The notes: generated by a model not told the origin, from the sequence alone. 64,000 nucleotides of DNA from Balanoglossus misakiensis (GCA_040954595.2 CM082593.2:2495334-2559333); one strand, 5' to 3'. Positions 1 through 19,759 are shown, counted from the stretch's first letter. Numbers and translations: made by a program.

Positions 1-243
1 TCTACCTTTATCTCTTGATCAAGAACTGTTGGCAGTAAAAAATTGTGACCACGCGGTCCAAAATAAAGTCGAATAAGTGAGAGAAAAATACACAAAATTG
101 AGAAAAAGTAGCACTAGCATTTGGCAGGGAAAATTGTCATCTTCAAAGGGTTAATCCAACCACGTATTATTGAAGGAAGATATAGGGAGTGTGATGAAGT
201 TGGTCAGTTCCTTTGATGTCAAACTGTTTCATCTCTACACAAG

Positions 244-947
244 GTAAACGACGATGCAACTTTCTTCATTCCCTGGATCTGGAAAGCTGGAAATGGGAAG
301 ACCTGACCCCAAAGATGTCGGCTGTTGATCCCCACTCTAGTCACGCAGCCACTGTGATAGATGCCAGTACAGTTCTTGTGTTAGGGAGAGGTGAAACAGG
401 CACCCACGCCAAATACGGCTGTAATGTTGATTTCCTGGATGTAAAGAGACTCCAGTGGACCACTTTTCCGGGAAGTACGATATCCCGCGCTGGGCATTCC
501 ATCACCTTCCAGCCAGACGTTTCCATGAGGTACGCTGTGGCCTACGGGGGCAGACAGCGACACATGGTGGAACAGGTAGTCTGCAAAGCCAAGGGAGCAC
601 CCCCGAAAATCTTCCATTCGAAAATACCGGATGAGGTTCTGAAGTCGAGTAAGAAGGTCGAAGTGCCGCCTGGCCGGAGCTATCATTCCGCCACTGACGT
701 GAACGGACTTCTGCTCGTCTACGGAGGATTCATTGAAGGGAAGAGTGTGCGGGGTCTTGTGGATGGAGTCGATCAAGTCTTCCTCTTTGATGTGAAAAAC
801 AATCGTTGGTTGGCACCGGAGAAGAAAGGTGATTGGCCCCATAGGGCGGGACATACAGCAGCGCGAATTGGCGAGAGGAGTGTGCTGCTCTTTGGTGGTG
901 AACACGCCAAGAAATTCTACAACGATGTTCATGTCATATCGTGGTGA
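244..947 (+). CDS. Terminal coding exon of a Kelch-repeat (beta-propeller) protein, possibly KLHDC9-like; upstream exons lie outside the window
   Basis: ORF 213-947 has Kelch motifs (SRAGHS..YGG, GRSYHSA..VYGG, RAGHTA..LFGG, FYNDVH). Likely acceptor tctctacacaAG at 242-243, stop TGA 945-947, AATAAA at 1315-1320. The KLHDC9 likeness is from recalled motif similarity only. Confidence 0.8.
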
Positions 948-3291
948 CGAAATTATCATTATTGTAACCCACAACATGCAAGTTATTTCAGTATTAGTCA
1001 CATCAACTCTGTCATTGATCAACAATAATAGAACTGATGTGACATAGTCTTTATGTCTTAGGAAAATTGTTTGGAGTGTTACCACGTCTGTGCAGTCAGT
1101 CCCCCTTTTTTCCAAATGGCAAACATATATAATCTAATATTCTGAACAGATGTGACACCGTCGATGAAGAGTAATTTCCCCCACTTAGCGCCTGTATCCG
1201 TCCAAGCCGTAGGCTATATGTGATGAATTATTTTAATTTCTTCAAGGGGATTTGCACAGGTCATGAAAATTGGATATGTCAATTGTGTTCTCAACAGCAA
1301 AATATAAAACATTTAATAAAACATTTGACAGTTTGAAAGAGAAGATCTGTCTGTTCTGCATGGATAGATGCATACAATTTATATTTAATATCACATGTAG
1401 GAATAATTGCATAGCTTGCTACCAGTTATCACATCACATTTAGTAAATTGGTGTAACGGATAGCACTATCACTCAATACCATCGTACAAAGAGAAAGAAA
1501 CATACTAGCACGTAGATGCGTGGGTGTATGTTGTGTCGCAAACCAGGGTGCTCGTGCTCTCTAGTTGTGTGGGTGTCTAGGGGATTGGAATCGACTCATA
1601 AGCGATTAAACCCAAATATATGGACAGTCAGTCAGTACAGGCAGAGTGGGACTTACTACAAAAGACAGGTGTGTGCAGCAAATGTAGCACTCAATCAACA
1701 GACAAATAGATGGGATTTTTACAACCTCACTATATATTGAGAACATAAGGGATTAAAATTAAATTTTGTAGTGAAAAGGTGAAACTGGATGCTTTTTATT
1801 CTCTTCATAGACAATTGTATGATAAATTTTTGATATCCTGTCCATAACACATAAAAAATTCAGGGTTTTATATTCAAAAGAATTTTAATCTTGTAAGAGG
1901 CTGGGCTCTTTCTGTAATTTATTTTATGGGTTTAATAACATGGTGTTTTTATGCTATGTGTTCAGCTCTTTCAGGTTGAATCCCAGATAAAATCTTTGTT
2001 TAATAGAAACTTGCCAATTACACTGGTGTGTCTGCACGATTTTTATTGCGTGTGGATGCATGCATGCATGCATGTCAAACTTGAGTACATCCATGGTTGA
2101 TAAACCGTGTTATCATGATCCTTGACCCAGCTGGGCTTCCACAACAGGTGGTCTGATAGTGCCAGGTCTTAATGGTGTACGACCTTGATAGAATACCCAG
2201 GTAATATATCACCAGGCACTGACAGAATTATGTGCTCTACACCAGAGATTTGGTTGGCAACCTATTTTGGATGTCAAGGTGTTTCAAGTTTTATGTCATA
2301 CAAAAAGTACAGCGCTACAACTTACAGTGTAAAATGCCACATATTTCATTTAATTAATTTGTTCCAGAAGTCAGTTTTCATATCAATACATGTAATGGAT
2401 TTGGGTTTGTCGCAATTCAAAGTAAAACTAAAAATACTTGCACGTACAACTTTAACATGTCTTCCCTTAACTGATCCCGATATGTGTTGACGCTGTAACT
2501 TTTGACCCACTGTTGAGTAAAGCGTAGGTGTTTGTTTGTCAAGTATCAGAGTTTAATAGATATTGGTATCTGGTTTCCAAGTGGTTAAAACCTTGTACAT
2601 TGTAAAGGTGAAGGCCTAAATGCAAACCTGGATGACTGCATGTACCTAGCCACTTTAAAAATATCAAATCTCTTCATTTTCAAAATCCAATTTGTATCAT
2701 AAAAATCAGACAACCAGACCAATTGTCTTATGAAAATTTTTAATTCTATTTCTTTTGACAACAATCAAATCCTTGATTCACAACATAAGAATTTCATAAA
2801 ATAAAGCATATATAGATCTATCAAGCATAGTTTTTAAAACAAGAAATTAACTTTTACATTCATTTGCTAAAAAATTGTAAACAATTAAAAGAGCTGCCAG
2901 CTATCTGGCAACTGAGCTAGGATGGAATATATTAAGGCGATTTGAAGAATATTATCCTAAAATGCCTTGTGTTCTTAAATCACTGTGATGTGTCCTATTT
3001 ATCACTTCATGCAGCAAAGAACTATTGCACAACTATTTACAGTAATATTACATACAAGCAAATACAGTTAACTTGAATATTGAAGGGAAAATATTCTACT
3101 TGCAAACACTGATACTCCTAATTATTTGAGATAAAAATATTCCGATTAAAATAATCTAAATGCCGAGAGAACAGTCTTAAACACCCGCAGCTATATTTTA
3201 CAAAATGACAAAACAAAGGTTTGTGTGTTTTTGCCTGTAGAGGGCCTTCCTGCTCAAATTTATGCATATAATTATAAAGCGGTCACATTGT

Positions 3292-7305
<4,014 letters not shown>

Positions 7306-9145
7306 CTTGTCAAATATATGTGAGATCACAGATCGTGCACGGAGTCACCCTGCTTTATAATCAAGGAAGGAACGCTTGGGGTGACGGGTCCGCTTTACAC
7401 ACAGTATGACGGGGTCGCAGAGACTGGCTTTCACGATTTGCGGGACACGCCCCCTTTGAAAATGCGTTTTCTTTTGGATAAATTACCGGGGTTAGCACAC
7501 TGTCATGTATCATGGGCAATGACAACGCACGAAGGGCAAACACGCTCTTATTTTGACCTATCTGGGAAGCTTTCAAGACGATTCCTTGGCAACGAAAACG
7601 ACAATTATATAAGAACAAAGCTCAGTCGTTTATAGCAGAACAGCTGTCTGTTTATGGATTTTCTGTTTGCATGACATGAGGTCACACGCCAATCACTTAG
7701 AGTTTCTCCAACCAAAAACAGGCTTTCTGAAAACGATTGCTCCGCCCAATTAAAGCGGGGAATGGGATCTGTTCTTACATGTACAGGTGTTCCTTTCACT
7801 TTGCGGTTGTGACGTCATCAATTAGACGCTTTATTATAAAGGTGACTCAACGGGTTACTGCTGAACTTGTTTGAACACGAATTTGATGATGCAGCTCACG
7901 TCACTCAATATTACACAACGAGACAGTTCGATCGCAGGTCTTGCCTCGCGAATACATACACGTACTCAGGCCTGCATAAATAAAATTTACATACGCTGAT
8001 ATATACCTGAAATTGGGTATTTGAGTGTTATATTTCAAATTTTCATATTTTAATTTAGTACATCATGCACTATCAGAGAGTGTCGTAAGGTGCAGTAAAT
8101 TCCTTTGGTATCGAATGATTGACCAAAACCGGCATGCGCAATTATTCAGTAAAATTTCGGTGTACTTTTAATATACTTTTGTATACCTCTATCACAGGGA
8201 ATCAATCAACTATATTTCGTTCGTATTTTCTTTTAAGTTTTGTAAAGTACCCAAGAACAACAGAAACATTTACACAAGGTCCCTGTCATGACACTTTTCA
8301 GTATATGAGGGGATAGTGCGCCGTCTGGCGTCATCATCGCCAAAACTGGATAACATATCATCACAGTTTGGCCGCTGCAGGCGCAGTTTGAACTGATAAA
8401 ACGACGTGGTTTCACCGCAGATTTTTCTCTAATGATCAGTTTGCGGTTTATAATGACAAAGTTTCATTCATAACTTGAGTAACAGAAAAGATAGTTTGGT
8501 TAACATTACTTTTTATAGACTCCTGAGTAGGATGCGGAACTTGAAAGAAATAATGTTGGTCCCTTATCCAACCAATTTTTTTTCTGCTATTTGTTGAAAT
8601 GATTTAAGTAGTATTAAACTCATTCTAATAGTACCAGTAATAATACTTTTAGTATGAAACTGCATCATCTTATGCTAGTTTTGTCACAACTATGACGACC
8701 AGACCCCTTTGAATATAGCTTTTTCGTGAAGATCTTCCCCTACGCGGAAATCGTAAATATAAAAGGGAGAAAAAGTTTATTTAAAGAAATAAAGAACGAA
8801 AGAGAGAAAGAAACGCTCTTGCTCAGTTGCTGTGAGATGCGATTGCGCTGGAGGGCGTGGCAGGCTGGCCGCCATAGCAACAAAATCGCCGGTCGGGCGC
8901 GAGACGAGGTATTGGAACGACCGCCCTCTTGACAACTTTGAACTTCGTTTGGGGACATTTTGTGCATTTTGGTTGATGAGGAAGCAAGCCCAATGAATAC
9001 GCGAATGTGTTGAGAAGGCTGGAGTTTGTGGTCAGTGAGAAATCAGGACATTTTGAAATGAACAACTCATATATCCGCGAAGAAATATGCAAATTAACTT
9101 AGTATTACACTAACTGCAGATGCTAGATGTAGTTGTATTTGAACG
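7306..9145. promoter_or_regulatory. CpG-rich, putatively bidirectional promoter between macroH2A (-) and a candidate + strand non-coding first exon
   Basis: Visibly more CpG than the flanks. TATAAA on minus at 7359-7354, CCAAT at ~7689 and ~7746, perfect CRE TGACGTCA at 7810-7817, + strand donor ACG|GTAAGT at 9146. Confidence 0.45.
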
Positions 9146-12100
9146 GTAAGTTTAATACTTAGTCTTCAGCATGTGAATAAGGTCGGAACGATAGATAATG
9201 GTTGGCTAATTGCTTTTTAAGATGTGTTTTAAGATTTAACAACTGCAGTTTGGAGCGACAGACAGAATGCGACGACTAATCTGTGATGTGAAGAATATAT
9301 GAACTGAGGAATGGAGGGCAGCCCTACTGTCTGTACGTCACGCCACGGAAAAGCAGAGGCGAAATCTATATTAACAGTCTAGTTTTGATTGTATCGGGCA
9401 CAGATAATATCAAAAGCGACATTTTAGGTAACGATTCCGCATTTTAGGACGTGAAAACTTCGTTGACAAAGATTTGTGCGTGGTTCCCATCCTACAGAAG
9501 AACGACATTTTGTCGTCTTCTCTCATCCGGGTGATCACGTGGTGGGTGCAGAGAAAGTCGTCTATAATTCACGGCGTACTGTCAGTCAGTATAATTTTCA
9601 ATATAAAACTTGCAATGCGAAATGAAGAGAGTTTCGGAGAGAAACGTTCTTGTATAAGTATCCAGCAAGCGACGTGCATCGACGGACTTCGCGATGGAAA
9701 TTCCTGTCGAAAATGGGGGGGGGGGGGGGGGGGGGGGGGTAGCTCTAGCTGAAATGTACATCATTGCAAAGGACAGTACATATTTCCAAGAAAATAACAA
9801 CAATTAAATGAAAGATAGTTACAAATTTTGCTGCTCATCTCATTGTCACGCCTCATTTGCATACAAATACATTAACAATAGTAACAATAGCTCAGACTAC
9901 AATAGACTGGTCAAGTAATAAAACACTGGGCCAACCTATTTGTTAGCTGATTGTTAGCTTATTGGAAAAGAACTTGAGCTGTACTCTAGTATACAATGTA
10001 TACTGAACATGCCTTTGTTCATTCACCAACCAGGGGCCACTTGATAAATGTCGGTGAAAAACAAAGTACACTGCCCAACCCTGACTTATAAACGGAAAGA
10101 AAACCTACAGGCAACAAAACTTCCTGTTATACTTGTTGAAATATCGTTACCCTCTGCATACCGGGTAGAGTTGACCATTTATTTTCGACCTTGGTCAACG
10201 GTGATGAATGACCAAGAATGTCTGGGGTGGTCATGTTAGTTGTTGTTGCGTGTATACAAGTGACAGGGCTTAAGTGAGTGAACTGGTTGGCCTTAACTAG
10301 TAATTCTTCAGCCCATCACTGGAGTATATTAATCCTTTCAATGCTATAGTCAAGAAGGAGGAAAAAAGATTGTGGTAGTTTAGAAAGAAAATTCAGTGAA
10401 AATCTTGTGTTTGTACCTGTAAAGGTCATATTTATTCACTTTTCAATAGCTGTTTTTGAGGATGTTGCCTCAGAAAATTCTCACTCGGGATTTCCACTAA
10501 AAAATAAACTGATTCGTGACTAATGTTTTTTTTTTTAGATATAGTTCCTGGTTGGTCCGTGTCTACCAAGTTCCTAAATCCGAACCATACACATCAAATG
10601 TTCAATTGAAGATCTTGTGGTTAGCATGGTAACGTGAAAAAGTCAGTGTTGAAAATCCTGTGATTAATGTGTAAAGGTAAGTAGCGTTGACGACGGCGTA
10701 TCCTTCACTTGTTTTACTCCTGTTTGACCTTTCCCCCTTAAAATGCCAGCGCTATCGACCACTACACCGCCTCTCAGCTACCAGACACTCCAAGTGGTTT
10801 CAAGTCAAAGGGTACGATTAGAATGCATTAATTTACCACTATCGCCCTGGTGCGCGATAGCGTGGTCGATTCGACTTTGATGTCGTCCGCCCCGCCTGCG
10901 TTTGCGTCACACACACCCACACCTTTGCTGTACAAGTAGGCCACGGTGTTGCGTTATCTCTGTAATCCCCAATTGTGAGTCAATATGATACTGTCTCCAC
11001 CCCAGACCATACCCCTTGATGTGTATACTGTAAGAGACACTCTAACATCAGAGGTACGTGTAGAGGCCAGTACATATAGCATTACCAACAAGCGTGCATA
11101 GTCATGCTTCGGTTACAACTCGAGTGGTTCATACCCTTATTGATTTTTCTCCATGATACGGCAAATCGGCGTATTTGCAAAACGCGGCCCTAGGGAGGGC
11201 TCTCTTTAATTTTGATTAATGACTAACTCTGTTTTAGTGGTGTTAAATCTGTACAAGTTGGTTCATAAAAAGTTAAGCAAACATCACAGGCATTGTAATT
11301 TTATAGCTTACATCAGTTATTTGCCAATCGTATTTCATTTTATGTACCTGGCTAGTTACGGACACACTTTATGGCAAATTGGCTGATAATGACGTTCTAT
11401 GGGAGTGTTTGTGTACTGTTGGCTGTGCTGTAAACTTGCTGGACTTGATTTAATGAGATTTAGAACTTGCAAATAAATCTAATTAGATTTGAGATACCCG
11501 TCGTTCCTGATCTGATTAGATAAATCCAGGGACATGTGTCAACCTTTGTCCAAACTCCCATGATGTGTGTAGTTACAGTTTTAAGAGTTGGTAAAAAATC
11601 ACTTCAAATTTTCATATGCCCATTATCTAGAACAGACGGTGTCTTAGTCTTAAAAGACCATACTGTTTAGGATATTTGACAGTCCAATTGCATAGCCTAA
11701 GTTTCTGTCGCTTTGAGTATGATAAATGGTACGTCTCTTAAAAATGGCTGTCAGCCAATTTTTGTAGATAACCTGGTGAATTAAATCATATTAACCTGCA
11801 ATGTAGGCTAAAAGCTTTTTGTCAGTGCCTGTGATCAGTTGTCATTTGATAGAGATAAATTTGGGTCAACAAGGTTGTAGTTCAGTTTGACATAAAAATG
11901 TTTTGTATAAATCATGTACCTGACAACTCATGACAGGCTGAAGTGCCTTGTAAGCAAGCCACATTGGTTGGCTGATAATGTGATATGTTGATAATTTTGG
12001 CCTGTACCCATTTTGCAGCCCCGGAATTCTGAGGTGATAGTTTCTTTATTGGCTTATTTTATGTTCTGCTCTCCGAAATATGTCAGTCACTGGTTGTCAC

Positions 12101-15100
12101 AATTATACAACTATGATGTGATTTTAAGTATCAACCAGAAAGTGATTGATCGATTGATAGATAGATAAGACGATTGTAATATTATCAAAACTGAGTGACT
12201 ATCTGAATACAAGTCAATGCAAGCAGAAGTATATGTACGAATGGACATCTCTTTGTGTAACTGTTTGATAGATATGGGACATCATATTCCAGCTGCTCTA
12301 GTTTCGACTCCAACATTCCAAGCATAATTCCTGATGGAAAGGCTGCAGAGTGGTCAAATGCCATGAGAAGCCTGCGAAGTATCGCGAAATATGTGCACGT
12401 ATGACAGTTCATGTATGTTGTATCAATCATACCACGTACCATTTCCCTGCCAAGATTTAATCGCGAAACATATGTGACACAAGGTTTGAAAGTTCTCAGT
12501 ACCCTTCCCCATGCGTTGAGAAATATAAAACAGCATCAGTGGCTATAAATTATGTTCTTGAGTTCGGAAGTGCCAACAGGTGCAGCTGGCTGGCGCCGTT
12601 ATGAATTTCAGAGGAAGTATTCTTGTTGAGTGAGTACGTTGTTGTTTGTATGCATGCGTATGTGGGACAGCGAGCATAAAAGTTGTCTGAACCAACCATG
12701 TATTGGGTGTGTATATGGCAACCTACAATGTATACACCTTGCACCCTTTATGAATAGACTTTTGAACAGTCGGCAAAAGTTCAAAATGTTATATGTGCGA
12801 ATAATTTATAACCTTGGTGTCAAATTTACGCTGCTTGCAACATACCAGCCGATTGTAGCAGAAACGTGTATTTAATGAAGTGGCACTTGTACACGGTCAG
12901 GTGAGACAGTCCTGGGTGACTGGAATGTTGTGTGAAGGGGGTGGCTTATTTAGACTGTGGTACTTTAAGGCAGGGGCACTGGATCATATCTGCTGACCCT
13001 TTTGGGTGGAGTTTTGCTGATCGCTGGTGGAAAAATCTGTCGAATGTCTGAAAGAACGCGATTCTTATGTATTCTTGCGTTGGGATTTAACTTGGGAAGT
13101 ATTGCAAGACTTGGGAGTGCCCCAGGGTAAGCTTTAATTGCTTTGTCTTCCTTTGCTGTTTAGGGGTGTGTAGTCGTAGGTTTTCAGTTGTGTACATACA
13201 TGTACATAGATGTAGACCTCATAGTTGTTTTAGCACACACACAAATTGTGGTGCTTGTTCATTTAATACCTTATATATATATGCATATTCCCATTTATGG
13301 TTAAAAGGGTATATTAATGTCTGTCTTTCATATATATGACAATGCACTTTTTACCCATGGCCACCCAAGTAAAAATCAGTCATTGGGTATAGATCTTCAC
13401 TTTCCATGGTAAATTAACTGTGCATGGTTAAACGTGCATGGATGACCATCTAATACAACGATTCCAAAGTATGCAGCATCTCAATCAGCACTTTTTGTTA
13501 GCCCAAGTAGCAATTGGCATTTTCATCAGAGCAAGTTAAAGGCAAAGTTGGTTAACAATACTGTTTATTTAGTAAACTCGGTGAATGCATTAATTGACAG
13601 TCCTAGAGTGGTGTTTTCTATGCCGAGTCAAACAGCAGATTTGTATAACGGTCGTTATTTAGCCCCGCCAGCAGTGTTGACTGGTGTGACACACTTCAAG
13701 CTTGTATCTTTTGTTGGTACGTCGTAGTAGCAAAGGCGTCTTACACTGCTGAGACTGCGTTGTTGGTTTTGTGTCAGATAGAGGCTGATAAATATAGCCC
13801 TGTTGAACTGGTTTTCTTTTAATTGCCAGATGTGGCCCAGTTTAATGTCAGGTTGAACTTCAAATAGTACAACTACAAGATTGATGGTTTTACATATCTG
13901 ACCTACATGTGCACATGAAGTACGTGCGCATATGCACTGTGTTGAGTTTTGCTTAAAAGTTGCTTGATCCTTAAAACCATGGTCACTCCACAAAACACAT
14001 GAAGCTATATACTTTCCCCCAGTTCTGTGTACACATGGGGGTAAACGTGATCAGGGCCATCACCCTCCTCCCACCCCACCTGGCGGCATTTGACAAGGGG
14101 AAAGTTCAAAGTTGTAAATTGGGTATCAAACAATACCACAAAGGACTGACATAGATTATTATGCCACACATTGTCCGGCGGAACGGGCTCCTAATTGAAT
14201 CAGCAGCTAATTTGTGTTCAAATGCAAAGGTCAGAAAGCCTTTCACATGTTTGACAATGGGATGTTAGCATTCATCTGTAGCCTGTGTGGTTTTTCTTTC
14301 TCTCTCACAGATTTTTTGAACAGTGTGCTGGTACAGTTCAGTGTGGATACAGTATAACTGGTACACCGCGGTAGACCAATCCTTGTCGACGACTCCCACT
14401 TGACCGATAGTAAATAAATCAAGATCAACGATTACGGGGGAGTACGTACCTGGGAATAGTGTACAAAGACTGAGAGAAGAGCACAGTGATTTGGACAAAT
14501 CGCCACCAGCATGATTTCCTAGTGACTGTACGTCTATCTGCCTACAAGGTAAGCTACCATATCCATAACAACTTGCTTTCTGAGCTTCTGAAAGAGACTT
14601 TCATCTTTTCACCTCAGAATTTAGACTTAGAGAAGAGATTATTGTAACAGTTGAAGTAAGGTGATTGGCTGCATTTTGTTTATACCGGAAAGCTAAACGT
14701 GAAGTCAAAAGTTACTCTCCCCTTTTAAAAAATACAGTTGAATAAATTACCATGATTGATTTCGACCATGTAGGTAAACTTGCAGGAGTCTCCCCTCCCA
14801 CTTTACAGTAATGTTAGTCAATTGAAATCATGAAAACTGCATAAGGGTATTTAAGCCAGTTCATTTCATAGTTTCATAAGTGTTTTCAGTGATCGACTTT
14901 TAAGATGTAGTTTTTCTTTTTACTAAAATTCTTCATGGTACCTCCATGACAGTCTCGCACAGGCATAACGGCAGAGGTCGACAAGACTCGACATTAACCA
15001 TTGACAACAAAGACATGTAGCTGTCTGGCTTCGGGCAAAAACTCTGCAGATGCACAAACAAAAAAGGCAAATGAAATGAATCAACATGACAGGCCTTCTG

Positions 15101-18100
15101 TCTCTCTCCCAAACAAGTATTTTACTTGTCTTTCTTGTGATTGAAAGAAAGCGATCCTTCAGAATTTGCCCGCGGAGCTTTTCTAGCATTCAGCAGTGAC
15201 GTTCAGTTACACACGTAACACTAACTGTGAAAGGAAACTATCACAGCAATGGTCAGTTACATGTACATTGGAAAGATGAAGTGTTCTATCTATGCAGACA
15301 AGGAAAGTGGTTAAGTCTTTCTTGAGGCCGACAGGTACGGTTGAAATTCCTGAAGTTCCTCAGTGTGTGCTGTCAAATATTTACCAAAGATGTCATTTTC
15401 CCTGCAATAACCATTGATTGTTCATTACAAAAATGTACATAAGATTAGGTTTATTTTCATTCATTCATTCATGATTTCCCTCTGCATAAAACTGCCCACC
15501 AGGTGTGAACGTGGTGATTATTGATTGGCTGACACCCAGTGATGTGATACTTTACTGTGTGCTAAAGAGATTTCAAAATTCCCAGACACAGTTTCATACA
15601 CTGGGTGAACAGTCTATATACTCGGTGGCAGCTCAGTGAATTAATTAGCCATTAGGCAGATCTCTGTTATGTTTTTCTCGCACTTCACACCAAACGGTAA
15701 CTGTGAAATTCCTGCATGTAAATTAATCGACTCCCTGAATGCAGGTAGTTGTGAACGAGTCACATTGGCTGACAGCAAGATCTCAAACCTTTTCACATCG
15801 CAGTGTGGTTCAAGCCCATTGTCATCAATGGCGTGGGTGGATCCATAAACTGAGTTAAAGGGGTAACAGCACAGTTTGCGTGAGAACCTTCGTAGTAGGA
15901 GTCTCGACTGGATCATAGCTGATAGTAGTCGCTTTTACTGTGTGTGAATGGTTAGATTATAATTTGTAATTTTATGATTTAAACCAAGAACTTCTGTGTC
16001 TAACTGCGTGATTCTTAGTATGACGTACCGGTACACTGTGCTGTACCATTGTTGAAGCCTAAAACAAACCAATAAAGGATATGTTACGCACATTGTTGAA
16101 CTATCATTCATGACGTATATACAGGTACGTATTAGCGTCATCCAGTTCGTAACCATACACCTGTCTCGTCTGTTGACACTCGGCGTAGAGACCAGAGTCG
16201 AAGTTCGTCATCACTTATTTATTATCTCCACTCTATTGCGTGCCATTAACTGGGTACCTGTTGAAGTCATAACCCATTATCTCCACTTTGTAGTGTCTCG
16301 CATACTAGTCATGTTGGAAGTGGTTGACATGGAGATCTCCGCAGATATTCAGCCCAGAGTTAGTCATCTCAACTGTGCTGTTCTGGAATGCGAAGTTCAG
16401 AAAGTTATCTTCACACAGTACAACCACCAGATAAATATGTGATTTTTATCACATAATTCTGACCGCGGAGATAATTTCTACTAGACTGGTGCTGAAAGGG
16501 TTAAACAGCTAAGTTGTGACCCTTGACCACATGTTTTATCACCTGTGTGGAAAAGTTTACTTTGATCTTTTATGGTTGATCACACCTGGCAGATAGATTT
16601 GCAGTGCATCTTTTTTGTTTTTCCCAACTTTGTGTCAAACCACTTCAAAAATGCTACAAAAGAAATAACAGAGGACATTCACGTACTTGTTAGTCCAGAC
16701 ACCATCACTCCACAAAATCAAAGGTAATCCACAGTTCTTGGTAGATGTTTATGTTTTATCTGCACCAGTGTTGAAGACATAGTGAATTGCATCACTGATG
16801 TTCCCTCCTTGGGGAGACTGTGATTACGTGTATACCTTTTTTCGAGTGAGCAGTTCTTTTGAAGGACTTTGCCCATGGCAAGGCTGAGAGAGAAAAGTGT
16901 CTGTGTGGTATGCATATTTCAGTGGTGGAGTACTGGACACATTGGCATGCTGTTTGGAGTAGAACAAGAAACTGCATTTGATGCACAGAAACGGACCAAA
17001 ATATTGAAATTAAAGCCAAAAGTTACAGCGATCCTTTAATGAAATTTGATGGGGTTTATTAGCTCCATATTCCACAGGGACAATGATCATTGTTTGTATT
17101 TGGAACACCCACAATACAGACATGTATAGAACTTGTAGTGCAAAACCTGTCACTAGGGAAAAAGTATTACAACTTAATACGGTCCTTATCAACCCCTTTG
17201 TGTGCTCCTCCATTTGGAATTGTATGGATTTGATTGTCAAATTATCTCTAATTGCTATTTTGGTCTGTTTGTGTAACGCTTTTTTGTAATGGGTTAGGAG
17301 GGTCTCAATAACAATTGTCTGCGAATGGTTCGAACAGAATCCTGCTTGCTGACCAGTGCTCAATGACCTTCAGGGGAATTATATACTCTATGGTAGAGGA
17401 AAATGAATTGTCCTTGGAGGAAATGAAGCGAAATTACGCCTTTCAGGCCTAAGTTCCTGATATCATTACCGAAGTTTACCCCTATGCATAGTTGTTTAGG
17501 CTTGAGACAGTTAAGACTGGTAGGAAACTGGTCAGAGAAAAAAAATACTTGAAAGAAAGGAATTGCTTCTCGTAGCAATTTGATCATGATGATCCATTTA
17601 CCAGCAGCCAGAAATAGACAAATGTCTAGTCATTCGCTGTATATGTGAGCAGACAACCAAACATGGCACTTTGGCAGCAGACTGTAACTTAGACAACACA
17701 ACGCATACCAACAAAGTTATCTCATGTCGTAATGTCATATCTTTAGATTTACTGACAAAGTACATGTGATCCCTTGGATATATGTTAATCACAGCTGTTA
17801 CACACACTTTCCAACTCATAAAACTATCATCCTTTTTCTCTCTCAGTACAAATGGTATTTCTATCAAACTCTACACCTATTACAACTACAGAAGAAATCT
17901 CCCACCCCCCTATTACATAAATGACAGCTCCCTTAGCATAACCATAATTTAAGTCTGGTAATAGTGATTATACTAAACCAGCAAGCCCACAGTTAAATTG
18001 CATCACTGACCTCCTATAAAGTGAAGTGTTTTCATGTCGTAGAATTTGACTCTTGACCTTTGTCGTGACCTTCGTCTACTTTTAGCACTGCCAACGGTAT

Positions 18101-19524
18101 CAAGTAACCTTGTTGGCTAACCTCACTCATCATCAATTATGATGGATACCCTCTCAGGGGAGGAAAGTGTGTGTTTGTGTACATGTAGCCAGTCAGTGGC
18201 CCTGATCAAAGACATTTCCAGTTGTGGTACCTTGATTCGCAACTGTGTAATACATCTAGGAGTACATGTACATGTATAAAGAAACTTGTGTTTGGTTGAC
18301 GAAGTGTTGAACATGCCAGTATTATGTGTTGGAGCAGCAATCTGATTTATGATCATAAAAACTTATAATAATTTGTTGATTTTGCAGTTAATGGCCATAT
18401 ACATTAAAGATAAAAACATGACAGTTTTATAAATAGTTTATGACTACATACCTCCCATGCCATACTTTATTGCTGTCAAAGTGATTTCGTGTGTTAACCT
18501 TGTTACAATCAAAATCATATCACAGAATAATTTATTTGATATTCTCCTTTCATTGGTGTCAAAGTATCACTTGTGACAATCACAGTTCATGGTGTCAGTA
18601 TCTATGTGAAACAAAACACTTTCTGGCACAAAATATCCATTATGATGTCAACAGAGTGTAACATTCTCTTAAAAATGATGAGTTATGAAAGGAAATACGG
18701 ATGACACAGTCACTATCAATTAAATTGAAACATCCATCTTTATTACTTATCAGCCATGATGTATTAATTCCTAAAATTGGCAGCAAATCAATCTTCACAA
18801 ATAAGAAATATCATCTTCCAGATTCCATCAGGTTGATATTGTCATGTAACTTTCTCTCTGACCACACATATTTTTATGATCAAAACTATGAAATATTATT
18901 CCCATTCTTAGTTTTAATAAATAACCAGCTTCCCTATTAATTTTCTTCTGAAATGTGTCATGTATATATATATTCCAGACTTTAAAATCTGATTAGATCA
19001 ATGTATGTTGCAGATTTTGAAATCTGATCTTTGTTCCCCATATCTCCACATGATTCCACCCCTACATTCTAGTGGACGAGCTGAGCAAATACTTTCATCC
19101 TCAACGCTGAGATGTTGAGAAACTTGAACAGCCCCCAGAAGACGCCAGAAATATTTTAAAGCTGGTTATTATTATGTCTCCGTTGGCTCTCAGTGCAGAA
19201 AAGAAACTTCTCACTTTAAACATATGGTGCGAACCCAAAGCTCTAAAGATAATTAGAAAGTTTTGATTCCAGATATCAGAGACCCAGGGTAAAAATAACT
19301 ACATAAATTTAGAACCCTGGAAGACGTTCTCAGCTGTAGTGGCATTCTTCAGAGCTTGTATATTTACATTGGACAGAAAGCGAGTTCAGCCCATGAAGCA
19401 GGCCAGTGTCAGTCATTAAATATTTTTACAACCCAGCCAGCACAATACATCACACACACTTCATCACCAGACAGGCAGCAATAAGGACGGCCGGCCCTTT
19501 TTAGTCCCTGGGTGTGCTCTGGCT

Positions 19525-19759
19525 TATAAAAGAAGGGGTCCTATATCTTTCAGGTGACCTCATCCGGACAAGAGCAGAGATTTGAAGAAAGCGGTCAGTG
19601 TGGAAACGTCAGCCACCTAGGGTTTTACAGCTGCACGGACATAATTGAACAAGCATCAGGCGTGAGTGCGTGTGTCTGGTACTAGACTGTGGCTGGTCGT
19701 CGCATGCTGCCGACATCTGAAGTCTTTTTAAAATGCCGAGAACATCATAGTCAAGTCAC
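19525..19759 (+). promoter_or_regulatory. Candidate TATA promoter with non-coding first exon
   Basis: TATAAAAG at 19525, GC-richer segment downstream, consensus donors CAC|GTAAGT (19760) and GAG|GTAAGT (19818); no long ORF. Confidence 0.3.

Noticed and set aside
381-1115. 244-aa minus-strand ORF
   Set aside because: Antisense shadow of the Kelch exon with no recognisable motif.
9715-9739. 25-nt poly-G run (G-quadruplex potential)
   Set aside because: Isolated homopolymer of unreliable length with no supporting context.
14735-14839. Imperfect inverted repeat (cagtt..catgatt / aatcatg..aactg)
   Set aside because: Too degenerate to distinguish from chance or an old MITE.
16445-16504. AAAGGGTTAA piggyBac-like ends (also near 145-154 and ~33005-33014)
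   Set aside because: No matching partner TIR could be paired by eye.
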